A DNA stretch of 64,000 nucleotides from Minisyncoccota bacterium (GTDB lineage: Bacteria; Patescibacteriota; Minisyncoccia; UBA6257; 2-01-FULL-56-20), in assembly GCA_035509435.1 (NCBI GenBank), contig DATJLR010000003.1, forward strand, positions 11,853 through 75,852, read 5' to 3'. Shown piece by piece: positions 18,753 to 27,930 of the stretch (the first letter of the stretch is position 1; every line of letters starts with the position of its first letter). The notes under the pieces were generated by a model. It searched no databases, was not told where the DNA came from, and worked only from the letters and a program-made list of their open reading frames with translations. A program made the translations under genes and the position numbers.

Positions 18753-20303
18753 TTAAAAATCCGCCACGGGCATCTCGTCGATGTCGGTATAGTCAATGCG
18801 TAGGTCGTCGAATACTGTGCCTGCGGTGTTATGGCCGCCGAGAGCGCCGGGTGCGACGCCGCCCGCGCCGCCCGATTCCTCACCTGCGCGACGGATGAAG
18901 TCGCCCTGCGCGGCGCGGAGCTCGTCTTCGCCAAAGCTCGCCAGATACTGCTCGGTGCGCGCGGAATCGGCGCGGAAGCCGGCGTCGAGCGCCCGAACGC
19001 GCGGCGACACTTGCAGGGCAAGCGCGTTGAAACCGATGAGCGAAATGTTGCGCAGCTCGCGCACGCGGGAGAGCGCCACGTAACCCATCCCGCGGTCGAA
19101 CGCGCGGCCAAGATCGATCACGGCGGCATCGAGCGTCATCCCCTGGCTTTTGTGGATCGTGATCGCCCACGCGAGCTTGAGCGGCAGCTGCGAGACGCTC
19201 GCCATGCGGTCGCGGCTCTTGCCGTCCTTGCCGCGGCCGCCGTCGCTGTCTCCCACGCGCCACTGGAAGCGGCCAAGCGTGATGCGCTTCTTGTCGAAAG
19301 TCATAATGACGGGATTCGCCTCGATGGCGCTCGCTGCCGCACCGCTCGCGCTGGCAGAATCGCCGTCGCCGCCCATCTCAAAGTCCACGACTTCGCCGAG
19401 CGTGCCGTTCACATATCCAACGCCCATGTTGTTTTTGGTGAACATCACGCGCGCGCCGATCTTGAGCGTCAGCTTGTCCGGCACGTCGTTGTCCTTCTTG
19501 AGCTTGTCCACCAGCACCGCGGGGCCGTTCGTGTACGCTTCGTAGATCACGTCCGGCGTTGCAAGCTTACGCAGTTCCGCGGCGTTGATCTCGTCCACGT
19601 TCTCGCGATGCGTGTAGAGCCGCGCGATGCCGATCGGCGCGGCGACCGTGGCGCCAATGCGGGCGTTCAGCTTTGCCGTGATGTCCGGCGTCACTTCGCC
19701 CGCGCGGATGGCGTCCAGGATCTCGAGCAGGTCATCGCCACTGCTGCTGCCCCTACCCGCAGCGCTTCCGCCCACCTGGCGATGCTGCTCCGTCAAATAG
19801 CACACGCGCATCTGCGCATTCTTCCACGCGGCGGAATCGATCACAAACTTCTCGGACTCGCCGTTCACTGGTGGAATCTGGAAGAAGTCACCGCAGCACA
19901 CGATCTGCAATCCGCCGAATGGCTCGCTGGAATTCCGCGCGGTGCGGCAGATCAGGTCCACGCGATCGAACTGCTCGGGATGCAGCATGGAGATCTCGTC
20001 TATAATAAGCACCCGTGCGCGGCGGATGCGGTCGGTCAGGTACTCGTTCGCGCGCACGCGGTCGCGCTCCTGCTTCTCGTCGGGGATCGGCCCGCGCGTC
20101 AGCCCCGCCCACGAATGGAGCGTGCGCCCGGAAAGGTGCGATGCGGCGATGCCGGTGTAGGCCGTCACGGCCACCTCCACCTCGTGGTCCTCAAGGAACC
20201 GGATGTACTCGTTCAGCAGGTACGTCTTCCCCGCCCCGGGCGCGCCGGTCAGGAACACGTTCTCGCCCGTCTTAAGGATGGCCAAAGCGGTGGATTGGAG
20301 CAT
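18753..20303 (-). CDS. Pif1-family SF1B DNA helicase
   Basis: TGAPGAGKT, IIDEISM, GDFFQIPPV, AITIHKSQG and YVALSR motifs. Confidence 0.93.
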   Translation of the reverse strand: MLQSTALAILKTGENVFLTGAPGAGKTYLLNEYIRFLEDHEVEVAVTAYTGIAASHLSGRTLHSWAGLTRGPIPDEKQERDRVRANEYLTDRIRRARVLIIDEISMLHPEQFDRVDLICRTARNSSEPFGGLQIVCCGDFFQIPPVNGESEKFVIDSAAWKNAQMRVCYLTEQHRQVGGSAAGRGSSSGDDLLEILDAIRAGEVTPDITAKLNARIGATVAAPIGIARLYTHRENVDEINAAELRKLATPDVIYEAYTNGPAVLVDKLKKDNDVPDKLTLKIGARVMFTKNNMGVGYVNGTLGEVVDFEMGGDGDSASASGAAASAIEANPVIMTFDKKRITLGRFQWRVGDSDGGRGKDGKSRDRMASVSQLPLKLAWAITIHKSQGMTLDAAVIDLGRAFDRGMGYVALSRVRELRNISLIGFNALALQVSPRVRALDAGFRADSARTEQYLASFGEDELRAAQGDFIRRAGEESGGAGGVAPGALGGHNTAGTVFDDLRIDYTDIDEMPVADF

Positions 20304-20306
20304 GTT

Positions 20307-20672
20307 CTAAAATTTTTCAATGTCCTTTGCTAGTTCTCGAAAGATGAAGACCCCTAATACAAGAACCGCTACGACATACAAGATTCCAACCGCCCAATGC
20401 GAAGAGAATTCAACTTCAAACAAAAATTGATATATACCAATGATTACTTGCACCAGCGCGAAGGCGATTAAAACCAACGAATATTTTCTGGTCGATTTAT
20501 CGAGTTCGTGAGCCGTTTTTCGATTCCTCAAAGCGGCCTTAATTTGAAGGATCGTTAATTTATGCATTTTCTGTTCCTCGACCATACCACTACTTGGAGG
20601 CCCTATGGTCTCAATTTCCCCTAGAAGATCTTGATCTTCAGATAGATATAGCTCCATGTTCTTATTATCCAT
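20307..20672 (-). CDS. hypothetical two-TM protein (defence islet)
   Basis: AT-rich ORF with two C-terminal hydrophobic helices. Confidence 0.65.
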   Translation of the reverse strand: MDNKNMELYLSEDQDLLGEIETIGPPSSGMVEEQKMHKLTILQIKAALRNRKTAHELDKSTRKYSLVLIAFALVQVIIGIYQFLFEVEFSSHWAVGILYVVAVLVLGVFIFRELAKDIEKF

Positions 20673-20752
20673 GCAAAAAGTTTACGCCACATCATAAAAT
20701 ACACAAGATTGACGAATTCGAAAGAATATATAAGATTGAGGGACGTACTAAA

Positions 20753-21709
20753 ATGGAACTCTTCTCGAAAAGATACTCGGCAAAAGGGCCTCGCAATGAC
20801 GTTATTCTTTCCGATACACTTAGAAAGCGTCTGGAACAGGAGTTAAAGTTCATAACTTCAAGTAAAGATTATATTGAAGCCTTTCTTTTGGTTGATAATG
20901 AAAAAGAGAATAAGATTTATTTGCATTCTCTTACCCTACGAGATTTAAGTTCTCGGGAGTTGGGTTATGATTTAACGTCCTTGGTTTACTGTAAAACTAT
21001 GGATTTCAATGCGAACCCCGATGATAATCAACTTCTAGACCTTATAGAACTATTAATCATTTTTTGTAAAGAAATAAACCGTAAAGAATTAATTGAGAGG
21101 TTACAAAACATCTTCAAGGAAGAGGGAGATCAATTTATAATTCACAATTTCATAATTTTTAAGAAGGATGAAACTGGGCTGAAATCTCTCGTGCCCTTAA
21201 TTAAAGATAAGAACCTCCAAGTCAAATTAGAGGAATACTTTACTGAAGCATCGAGAGGTAGTAAACCAAATTATGAGATGCTAGCCCGTATTGCTGCGGA
21301 TATTGTACAGATACTCTTTAGTGCTCCAAAGCAAAAAGAAACAAAAAAATATTCTGAACAATTATGTAGCGATATTGCATATAAATGGACGGATAAAAAG
21401 AATGCCCAAGCGTTGGCAATTCTCCTTAGTGAAACCGTTAAAAATGCTAAGGAACTAAGTAATCAGATTAGTAATATTCGACATACAGACAGAAGCACTA
21501 TACCAGTTAGAACGCCTAGCCTATATAGATTAATTGCCTTAAAAAATTCTTCAATTGCTGAAGTGGTTATACTTTCCTTGCCAGAAAATTATATTTTAGA
21601 CCAAAATCCGGAAGAGATTAAAAATCACTATCTCGGTAAATACAACCTCAAAGCTGATAATGGCTGGTTGGTTGAAGATGAAATAAAGCCGGAAGATATA
21701 CCTTTCTAA
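20753..21709 (+). CDS. AbiJ-like/HEPN-like putative abortive-infection protein
   Basis: Starts MELFSKRY (AbiJ-NTD-like), carries SNIRH and ends EDIPF; AT-rich; next to MTase and HNH genes. Confidence 0.55.
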   Translation: MELFSKRYSAKGPRNDVILSDTLRKRLEQELKFITSSKDYIEAFLLVDNEKENKIYLHSLTLRDLSSRELGYDLTSLVYCKTMDFNANPDDNQLLDLIELLIIFCKEINRKELIERLQNIFKEEGDQFIIHNFIIFKKDETGLKSLVPLIKDKNLQVKLEEYFTEASRGSKPNYEMLARIAADIVQILFSAPKQKETKKYSEQLCSDIAYKWTDKKNAQALAILLSETVKNAKELSNQISNIRHTDRSTIPVRTPSLYRLIALKNSSIAEVVILSLPENYILDQNPEEIKNHYLGKYNLKADNGWLVEDEIKPEDIPF

Positions 21710-21739
21710 AGCAAGACCAGATAGGCAACGACTCAATCT

Positions 21740-22927
21740 CTAAAAATTCTTAACAATAAGATGCTGCACGGCCCTATCATTCCTACCTTTCATATTGTAA
21801 GTGTATTTCTTATCGAACGAAGAGATGTTTATATTCTGCTTGCCTTTGTATAAGCCGTAGATGAACGACGTCCTTTTTATCACCAAAATAAATTTGGCCT
21901 TAGTGGTATATAAATAACGCGCAAGCCGAAATTGGTCATCACGATCAAAGCTTTTCTTTTCGTAATCACTGAAATCGGTATCGTATGGAGGGTCGAGGAA
22001 AATAAAATCTTTTGAAGAAAGCTTCAGTTTATTGAGAAATGTTTCAAAATCCTCGTTGTAAATTACCGCTCCTGCCAAGAGATTATGGGCCTCCAAAGAA
22101 AAGAGCCGGTCGACTTTCTTTCTAAAATTTTTAGTGTTGTACCCTATCCCTCCATATGGGATATTAAATTCTCCGTTGGCGTTAAATCGGAACATGGATC
22201 CATAGCAAAACTCTCGGATGAAATAATAGTTTGCGATGGCTTTTGCGCGGCTGATATGGTTCATTCCCCTTTTTTCATTCATAACATCCCTAAAATGCAT
22301 ATAAAATCCACTGCGAAATGCAGTCTCAATGTTCTTATGAAGATCCTCAATTGAGATCCTGCCGCTACTGAACTCAAGCTTTTTGACACGTGTGATCTTA
22401 TCAATGAGATTGTCAATGATGCGCTTTTCAAGATTATTCCTGTCTATACAAAAGTCCGCCCTGAACAGCCCATTGAATGCCTGAATTTGTCCGTGTATGT
22501 AATCTTCCGTAAGGCGACGCAGATCGTTTTTGCTAATAGAATCGGCAGCATAACGGGCGTACAAAGAGATGAACTGCCTCTGGAAAAGAAGGATGTAATT
22601 CGGAATTTTCTCCCAATTGAAGACATACTCATAGATTTCCTTAGAAAATTCTTTTGTATTATATTTCCCACCTACGAAGCGGTAAAAATCCATCAGCTCT
22701 ACGGCAATATCGTTGATGGCGGCTCTTTCTGGTTGTAACTCAAAAAATATCGCACCACCACCAAAGAACGGCTCAATATAGCGATCAAACGCAGGAATGT
22801 GATGCTTAATAAAAGAGAATTCCCGTTTTTTTCCGCCAGGCCACTTGATCAATGCCTGTGTATTAGGTGTGGATATCTCCCGATTGGAAGGTCGCAAGAG
22901 GTTCAAATCAATGTGCTGTTTTTGCAT
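21740..22927 (-). CDS. Dam-family (D12) N6-adenine DNA methyltransferase with long insertion
   Basis: KWPGGK, EPFFGGGA, FRFNANGEFNIPYG and DPPY motifs. Confidence 0.92.
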   Translation of the reverse strand: MQKQHIDLNLLRPSNREISTPNTQALIKWPGGKKREFSFIKHHIPAFDRYIEPFFGGGAIFFELQPERAAINDIAVELMDFYRFVGGKYNTKEFSKEIYEYVFNWEKIPNYILLFQRQFISLYARYAADSISKNDLRRLTEDYIHGQIQAFNGLFRADFCIDRNNLEKRIIDNLIDKITRVKKLEFSSGRISIEDLHKNIETAFRSGFYMHFRDVMNEKRGMNHISRAKAIANYYFIREFCYGSMFRFNANGEFNIPYGGIGYNTKNFRKKVDRLFSLEAHNLLAGAVIYNEDFETFLNKLKLSSKDFIFLDPPYDTDFSDYEKKSFDRDDQFRLARYLYTTKAKFILVIKRTSFIYGLYKGKQNINISSFDKKYTYNMKGRNDRAVQHLIVKNF

Positions 22928-23630
22928 TTTCTATAATTTTCTTTAGTTGTGAAATTTTTAAAATGTTATTGCGCTGTCGATGAACCATCCGATGGCAGTT
23001 TGAACACAGAGGAACGACTTTCTTCAACGCTTCATCCGCCGCCATCTTTTCTCCGGACGCTTCATGCTGATGAATAGGATGCGTGTGATGAATCTCGATA
23101 TAATCGCGGCCGCGTTCGCCGTAGAATTTCAAGAAATCGAACTCGCACGCTATGCAAGGAATTTTTCCGCCCTTCTTAAAGTGCGCCCTGGCAAGCTGGA
23201 TCAGTTTTCGCGACCGCTCTCTGAACGCAACATTTTTTGTCGAGAGAAATCCTTCTTCAACGATGATGTCTTTGTAGTCATCTTTGAATTCTTGCTCTCT
23301 TATCTCTTCACTGAAGCCCTGCTCCTGAAGCGCTTCAACAACTTCTTCATAACCAGCATTCAAATATCTTCTACCCTCGTCCGTAATGAAGAAAAGTTTG
23401 TCCTTATATATCGCAAGATTCTTCTTCTCTAAGGTATCGTGCGATTTTAGGTTGCGCACTTTTTGGCTGAACTTTGTATCGGTGCGGCCGCTGAGTATTT
23501 CAGCATCTTCCCCTTCGGGCTTCAGTGTGTCAGTTAATTCCTTGATAAGATACTCGGTCGGAACGCCTTCCGGATGGCGCTCGATGATCTTAAGGGCGGG
23601 AATTACGAGGTCCGATTCGGCGTAAATCAT
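22908..23630 (-). CDS. HNH restriction endonuclease (McrA-like C-terminus, winged-helix-like N-terminus)
   Basis: CIACEFDF..FYG..G..YIEIHH...LCSNCHRMVH. Confidence 0.88.
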   Translation of the reverse strand: MIYAESDLVIPALKIIERHPEGVPTEYLIKELTDTLKPEGEDAEILSGRTDTKFSQKVRNLKSHDTLEKKNLAIYKDKLFFITDEGRRYLNAGYEEVVEALQEQGFSEEIREQEFKDDYKDIIVEEGFLSTKNVAFRERSRKLIQLARAHFKKGGKIPCIACEFDFLKFYGERGRDYIEIHHTHPIHQHEASGEKMAADEALKKVVPLCSNCHRMVHRQRNNILKISQLKKIIENAKTAH

Positions 23631-23735
23631 ACTCTAAGTTTAGCATATAGCCCCGAGAGGTGAATCTACTTGATATCCCCATGTCGATGAGGATATCCAC
23701 ATAGTATCTTATGCACTAGAACTGTCAAAAAATTT

Positions 23736-24190
23736 TTAATCCTTTTTTAACGAATCCCCCCATCCCCACTCGCTGTACCCCACGCCTTCGCGGTAGCAAC
23801 GGATCGCCTCGCGGATATAGGGAATGGTGTTTGCGGGCAAGGCGTCGAGCGGGAACCAGCGCAGGTCGTCGCACTTGCCGGGCTCCATGTTGGCCGCTCG
23901 CCGCTCCACGCCGCGGGCTCAAAGAAGAAGTCCAGCCGCTCGTCGTCGGCGCGGCGGTGCATCACAACCTTGAGCCGCAGGTCCGCAGCCCCGATCGTGA
24001 CGCCCGACTCCTCCATCGCCTCCCGCGCGGTGGCCGCCGTGAGCGCCTCGCCGCCATCGGCGTGACCGGCCACCAGGCTGTAATTGCCATCCTCGTAGCC
24101 GGTGTTTGCGCGGCGGAGCATCAGGATCTTTCCGTCCTTCACGAAAAGCACGTAGACGGAGGCGATAAGCTTGAAGCGATCGGCGGTCAT
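23736..24190 (-). pseudogene. NUDIX hydrolase with a 1-bp frameshift near 23897
   Basis: Nudix box GHADGGE...AREAMEESG; the expected C-terminus [20 protein letters not shown] lies in another frame. Confidence 0.8.
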
Positions 24191-24209
24191 GAAAACATTG
24201 TAGCACCTT

Positions 24210-24246
24210 ATAAAAAAGAAAAGGCGCATCCCCGGAGGAATGCGCC
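24210..24246 (-). terminator. GGCGCA-N12-TGCGCC terminator, copy 1
   Basis: Hairpin plus T-tract on the minus strand; near-identical to 25199-25234. Confidence 0.75.
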
Positions 24247-24268
24247 ATGTTTTTCACTTTGTGCCAAG

Positions 24269-25084
24269 CTAGATGACCATGTCGGCTTCGATCCGTGCGC
24301 GCACCGCCTGCACGGCGAGAGGAGCAACGTTCGCTCCTTTGAATATCGCCTTCTGGTCTTTTTCCTTCTTCGGCCAGTAGCGGATGACGTCTTCGATCAT
24401 GGCGAGGCCCGTGGAAAGGCTTGCATGGGTGGATTCGATCCCGGCTCCGAGCGCAAGACAATCATTGTCCGAGGTCATGAACCTGACATTCACCTCGTCA
24501 CCCCGCTTCTTGGGACGGGCAAAGGTGAATATCGTGCTTCCCGCAAAGATCCCCACCCGAAGCACCGTCGCCCCGAATTTCCCTTCCATTTCCCGATCGG
24601 GCTCTGCCCGGATGAGAGTGAAAAGTCCCCGCTGATAGACGAGACGAAGGAATTTGTCGAACTGCAGGTGCAGCGCGTGACGCTGGGCATTGAAGTAGAC
24701 GTCCATCTTTGCGTCCAGATGATCGTCTTGGACAATGGCCCTGATCACATTCTTGAGCAGATGAACTCCGACAATCTGATAGACGATATCTCCCGCTCCA
24801 AGCTCCACGAGATTGATCATTTGTTCGTCCCGCTCTTTCTCGTAAAGTTTCCGGAACCATACAACTGCGGGGTCTTCGCTTGTCCGCACCACTTCGTACG
24901 CGTCCAGGATAAGCTGCGGCAGGTGGAGGGTGAGGTCGTAAAATTCGTTCTTTTCGTCGGCGAGTATGGTAAGACCCTGGAGCCATCTGCTAAAGAACAG
25001 GGCAAATAATGCCTCACCTTTCTCGCTTGCGTTGGTGGAAGCGGCATGCATCCCTAACCGGAATATTACATCTGCTTTTTTCAC
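24269..25084 (-). CDS. hypothetical orphan protein in a stand-alone cassette
   Basis: GTG start at 25084 preceded by AAGGAG; TTGACG-N17-TACAAT promoter at about 25128-25156; own terminator. Confidence 0.7.
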   Translation of the reverse strand: MKKADVIFRLGMHAASTNASEKGEALFALFFSRWLQGLTILADEKNEFYDLTLHLPQLILDAYEVVRTSEDPAVVWFRKLYEKERDEQMINLVELGAGDIVYQIVGVHLLKNVIRAIVQDDHLDAKMDVYFNAQRHALHLQFDKFLRLVYQRGLFTLIRAEPDREMEGKFGATVLRVGIFAGSTIFTFARPKKRGDEVNVRFMTSDNDCLALGAGIESTHASLSTGLAMIEDVIRYWPKKEKDQKAIFKGANVAPLAVQAVRARIEADMVI

Positions 25085-25198
25085 TTTTGCTCCTTTATCC
25101 TTCATAAGAGGATTTACTGCTGACGAAATTGTACATTTAAATTCCAATTTCGTCAAAAGACAACGAGCCCATTCCTGGCGCTGGTCCTTCATCGCCTC

Positions 25199-25234
25199 AT
25201 AAAAAGAAAAGGCGCACTCCCGGAGGAATGCGCC
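25199..25234 (-). terminator. GGCGCA-N12-TGCGCC terminator, copy 2
   Basis: ATAAAAAGAAAAGGCGCACTCCCGGAGGAATGCGCC. Confidence 0.75.
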
Positions 25235-25410
25235 CTTTGGTCAGGCCACTTCCGTCTCGATGTAGTGTGCCCACGAAAGCCAGATCTCCATCAGGACGGA
25301 TTGGTCCACGGCGTGGGCCGACGTTGATGGTATTTCTGTCATGCCCATTTCCCTTGACCACACCCTTCCGATGGCCTATCCTATCCGGTGGAAAGGAGAG
25401 GGCACTCTCT

Positions 25411-25950
25411 ATGACATTCACAATTCAAAACCCTGAGGCTGATCCGGTGATCGCTAAACAGGCCACCGACGCGTTCGATCTGCTGACCCCGCATTGGAGG
25501 GAACTGCTTCCTCCGATCACCGCCATCATCGTAAATGAACGGTTCGACCGCATCGCGGATCTCCGGCCCATGATCGACGCCCGGTTCTCCAACTGGGGAG
25601 ACCATGAGTGGGAGCAGGTCTACGCTTTTTCACCCAAATACAGTTTGAATGAGGCCGAAGTGTGGCTCCGTCCGTACTATTCGTTCGATTCTTTTGCGCG
25701 AGAGGTGTATTGCCTCTTGGCACAGATCGTATGGACCACAACCCCGGACATTCGCGCCGAGGTCGCAGCGGCCACCCACAAATCATTTCACACGGCCAAT
25801 GCGGCTCTGTTGTATTTCAGCGTTTCCTTTGGACGCTTTTTTCTCAACCGAAAGCTTCTTCGTGAACGGAACCTGGCGGCATGGTTCCTCATGGAGCGCC
25901 TCGATGACCTGGTGGAAACCAAGCAGCTTCAGCGACTTCAGGTGACGTGA
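25411..25950 (+). CDS. hypothetical orphan protein, possibly a degenerate zincin-like fold
   Basis: GAAAGGAG SD before ATG 25411; terminator at about 25985-26018. Confidence 0.65.
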   Translation: MTFTIQNPEADPVIAKQATDAFDLLTPHWRELLPPITAIIVNERFDRIADLRPMIDARFSNWGDHEWEQVYAFSPKYSLNEAEVWLRPYYSFDSFAREVYCLLAQIVWTTTPDIRAEVAAATHKSFHTANAALLYFSVSFGRFFLNRKLLRERNLAAWFLMERLDDLVETKQLQRLQVT

Positions 25951-26030
25951 TGGCGAACGATCGCCGTCTTCCGCAAAACTCGCGAGGCCCCGGCGCAATG
26001 TCGGGGCCTCTTTCTTTATTACGATGAATT

Positions 26031-26237
26031 TTATGCTGAAAGCTTCTTTACGATCTCGTCCCATGAATGCACGCGCTCGATCCCCGGCGGAAGCTCGCCC
26101 TGGTTCCATGGCTGATCAAAAAGGAACACCTTGATGCCGGCCTCGGCGCAGACCGTCGCGTTGGTCATGTGGTCCTCGATCATGATCGTGGCCCCAGAGT
26201 CCGCCACCACCTCGTCAAAATCAATGCCGATGCGCAT
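26031..26237 (-). pseudogene. internally deleted HAD 5'(3')-deoxyribonucleotidase (NT5C-like)
   Basis: MRIGIDFDEVVADS fused in frame to IEDH...FDQPWN...RVHSW; only 68 aa. Confidence 0.75.
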
Positions 26238-26314
26238 GGGTTAATGATACCGTAAATAAGAAAGGGCGCCACCGTTTTAGTGACGCCCCTTGATCCACTG
26301 TAACCCTTCCCGGC

Positions 26315-26581
26315 CTATTTCATCGGCCATATTGCGGCCACGAAGATCCCCTGGCTTTCCTCGCGGCTGACGACGCGAGCGAAGGTCATTTCGTGGCCGC
26401 CCTCCAGACAGACCAAAAGCTTGCAATGCTTGCCCATGGCGAGCAACTGAAGAAAGCAGTCCATGCCCTCGACAAGCGCTCGCGGCCCTGTGAAGTCGCC
26501 GAATTTTTGGACCACTTTTTCGGCGCTCACACCATTCGCGTCACACCCTTCAACGCTCGTCCTGATTACCTTTTCGATCAT
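26315..26581 (-). CDS. hypothetical orphan protein in a stand-alone cassette
   Basis: AGAGGAGG SD; terminator at about 26258-26290. Confidence 0.6.
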   Translation of the reverse strand: MIEKVIRTSVEGCDANGVSAEKVVQKFGDFTGPRALVEGMDCFLQLLAMGKHCKLLVCLEGGHEMTFARVVSREESQGIFVAAIWPMK

Positions 26582-26666
26582 GTAAAGCCTCCTCTTCTTT
26601 TCGCAGCTGCAAATCTGCCAACAATATACATCCGGGCAGGAATGGAGTCAATCGCAATCCGCGCGT

Positions 26667-27110
26667 TTACATCGCTGCGGCGATCTCCTTTGCCACCGCA
26701 TCGAGCTCCGCTTCCGGCGTCGTCTCGCGCGAGCCGGGCCGGTACAGGAACTTGCGCGGCTCGTATTCGGTGATGCCCTCGTCCCCTGCCGTGCGCGGCA
26801 CGATGTGCAGATGGAAGTGCGGGATGGATTGCCCGGCCACGGCGCCTTCGTTCCAGGCATGATTGAAGCCCGTGGCGCCGAACGCTTTCCAGAGCGCGGC
26901 CTTCACCTCCGCCGCGAGCGCAAAGATCGCGCGGCGCTCGTCGTCCTTCAGTTCATCGAACGTCGCCACGTGCCGCGCCGGGATCACAAGCGTGTGCCCG
27001 GGCGTGATCGGGATGTTCGTCAGGAACGCGATCGCAAGCTCGTTGCGCTTGACCGTGCGCGCCGGAATGTCCGGCAATGTGCAATAGATGCAAGAGGAAG
27101 ATGCGGCCAT
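26667..27110 (-). CDS. HIT family hydrolase
   Basis: CIYC, PGHTLVIP and AGQSIPHFHLHIVPR motifs. Confidence 0.93.
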   Translation of the reverse strand: MAASSSCIYCTLPDIPARTVKRNELAIAFLTNIPITPGHTLVIPARHVATFDELKDDERRAIFALAAEVKAALWKAFGATGFNHAWNEGAVAGQSIPHFHLHIVPRTAGDEGITEYEPRKFLYRPGSRETTPEAELDAVAKEIAAAM

Positions 27111-27111
27111 A

Positions 27112-27675
27112 TTATTTGTGGCCGAAGATCTTCTCTTTCAGCTCCTTTTTGAATTCAGGGTCGAATTGCGTGCGCAATAAATATAATGCCAGCTCTTTAT
27201 CGCGAAAATCCGGCCGTTGGGAAAGTTCCAGAAATTCATCGAACGAAACGGGCTTTATAGTGATCCTCTCACCCGCATCAAGATGCGGGTCCTGGATATG
27301 CTTACAGTCACGTGCGATGAAAGTATAAACGGTCCATTCAAGAGAATTGAATGGCTTCCGCTCCCTGAACATGGTCCAATCATCCGAAACGTATCCGGTC
27401 TCTTCCAAAAGCTCACGTTTGGCTCCCGTCGACGCTTCCTCTCCTTCATTACATCGGCCGCCCGGAATAGAAACAAACGGCGCCCGATGTGGTTGCTCCT
27501 GTTCCTCGATCAAAATTTTATCTCCCACGACCGCGATCACATCCGCGCTGTCCGGCCGGCTGATCTTCTCGTATATCTCGGTCGTCCCATCGAACACTTT
27601 CTGTTCCCATTGCCACACCTCGAACACCTGCCCTTTGAACATCCGTTTTGCGTTCGGTGGAATTCCTTTTTTCAT
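27112..27675 (-). CDS. NUDIX hydrolase (ADP-ribose pyrophosphatase-like)
   Basis: PGGRCNEGE...AKRELLEETGY Nudix box. Confidence 0.9.
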   Translation of the reverse strand: MKKGIPPNAKRMFKGQVFEVWQWEQKVFDGTTEIYEKISRPDSADVIAVVGDKILIEEQEQPHRAPFVSIPGGRCNEGEEASTGAKRELLEETGYVSDDWTMFRERKPFNSLEWTVYTFIARDCKHIQDPHLDAGERITIKPVSFDEFLELSQRPDFRDKELALYLLRTQFDPEFKKELKEKIFGHK

Positions 27676-27676
27676 A

Positions 27677-27795
27677 TCATTTATTTTTGAGTGCTAAATA
27701 TTCCTGAACGCCCTTCAGCCATCCTCCTTTAAAATAATTTTCTTGTTTGAAATCTTTCGGGGCCACCCACAAGAGTTCCGATGGCGCTCGTTCAT
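27677..27795 (-). pseudogene. gene remnant: start codons joined out of frame to a NUDIX-like C-terminus
   Basis: MNERH| then ELLWVAPKDFKQENYFKGGWLKGVQEYLALKNK* in another frame. Confidence 0.45.
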
Positions 27796-27930
27796 ACCAC
27801 CTATTAAAGCATCCTTGGCAGTCTTTCGTCTATTATGTGCCAATAACGGCCGTTTTTCCACTTTTAAAATAGTTTTAATCGCTTATTTGTTATAGTCCCG
27901 TCAGTTGTTTAAAAACTGAAAGGGGTTTTT

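Noticed and set aside
23880-23910. Programmed frameshift in the NUDIX gene
   Set aside because: No slippery heptamer or homopolymer; a 1-bp deletion or sequencing error is simpler.
25241-25348. 35-aa minus-strand ORF (MGMTEIPST...IETEVA*) before terminator copy 2
   Set aside because: No clear promoter and too short to call; probably the 3' remnant of another cassette.
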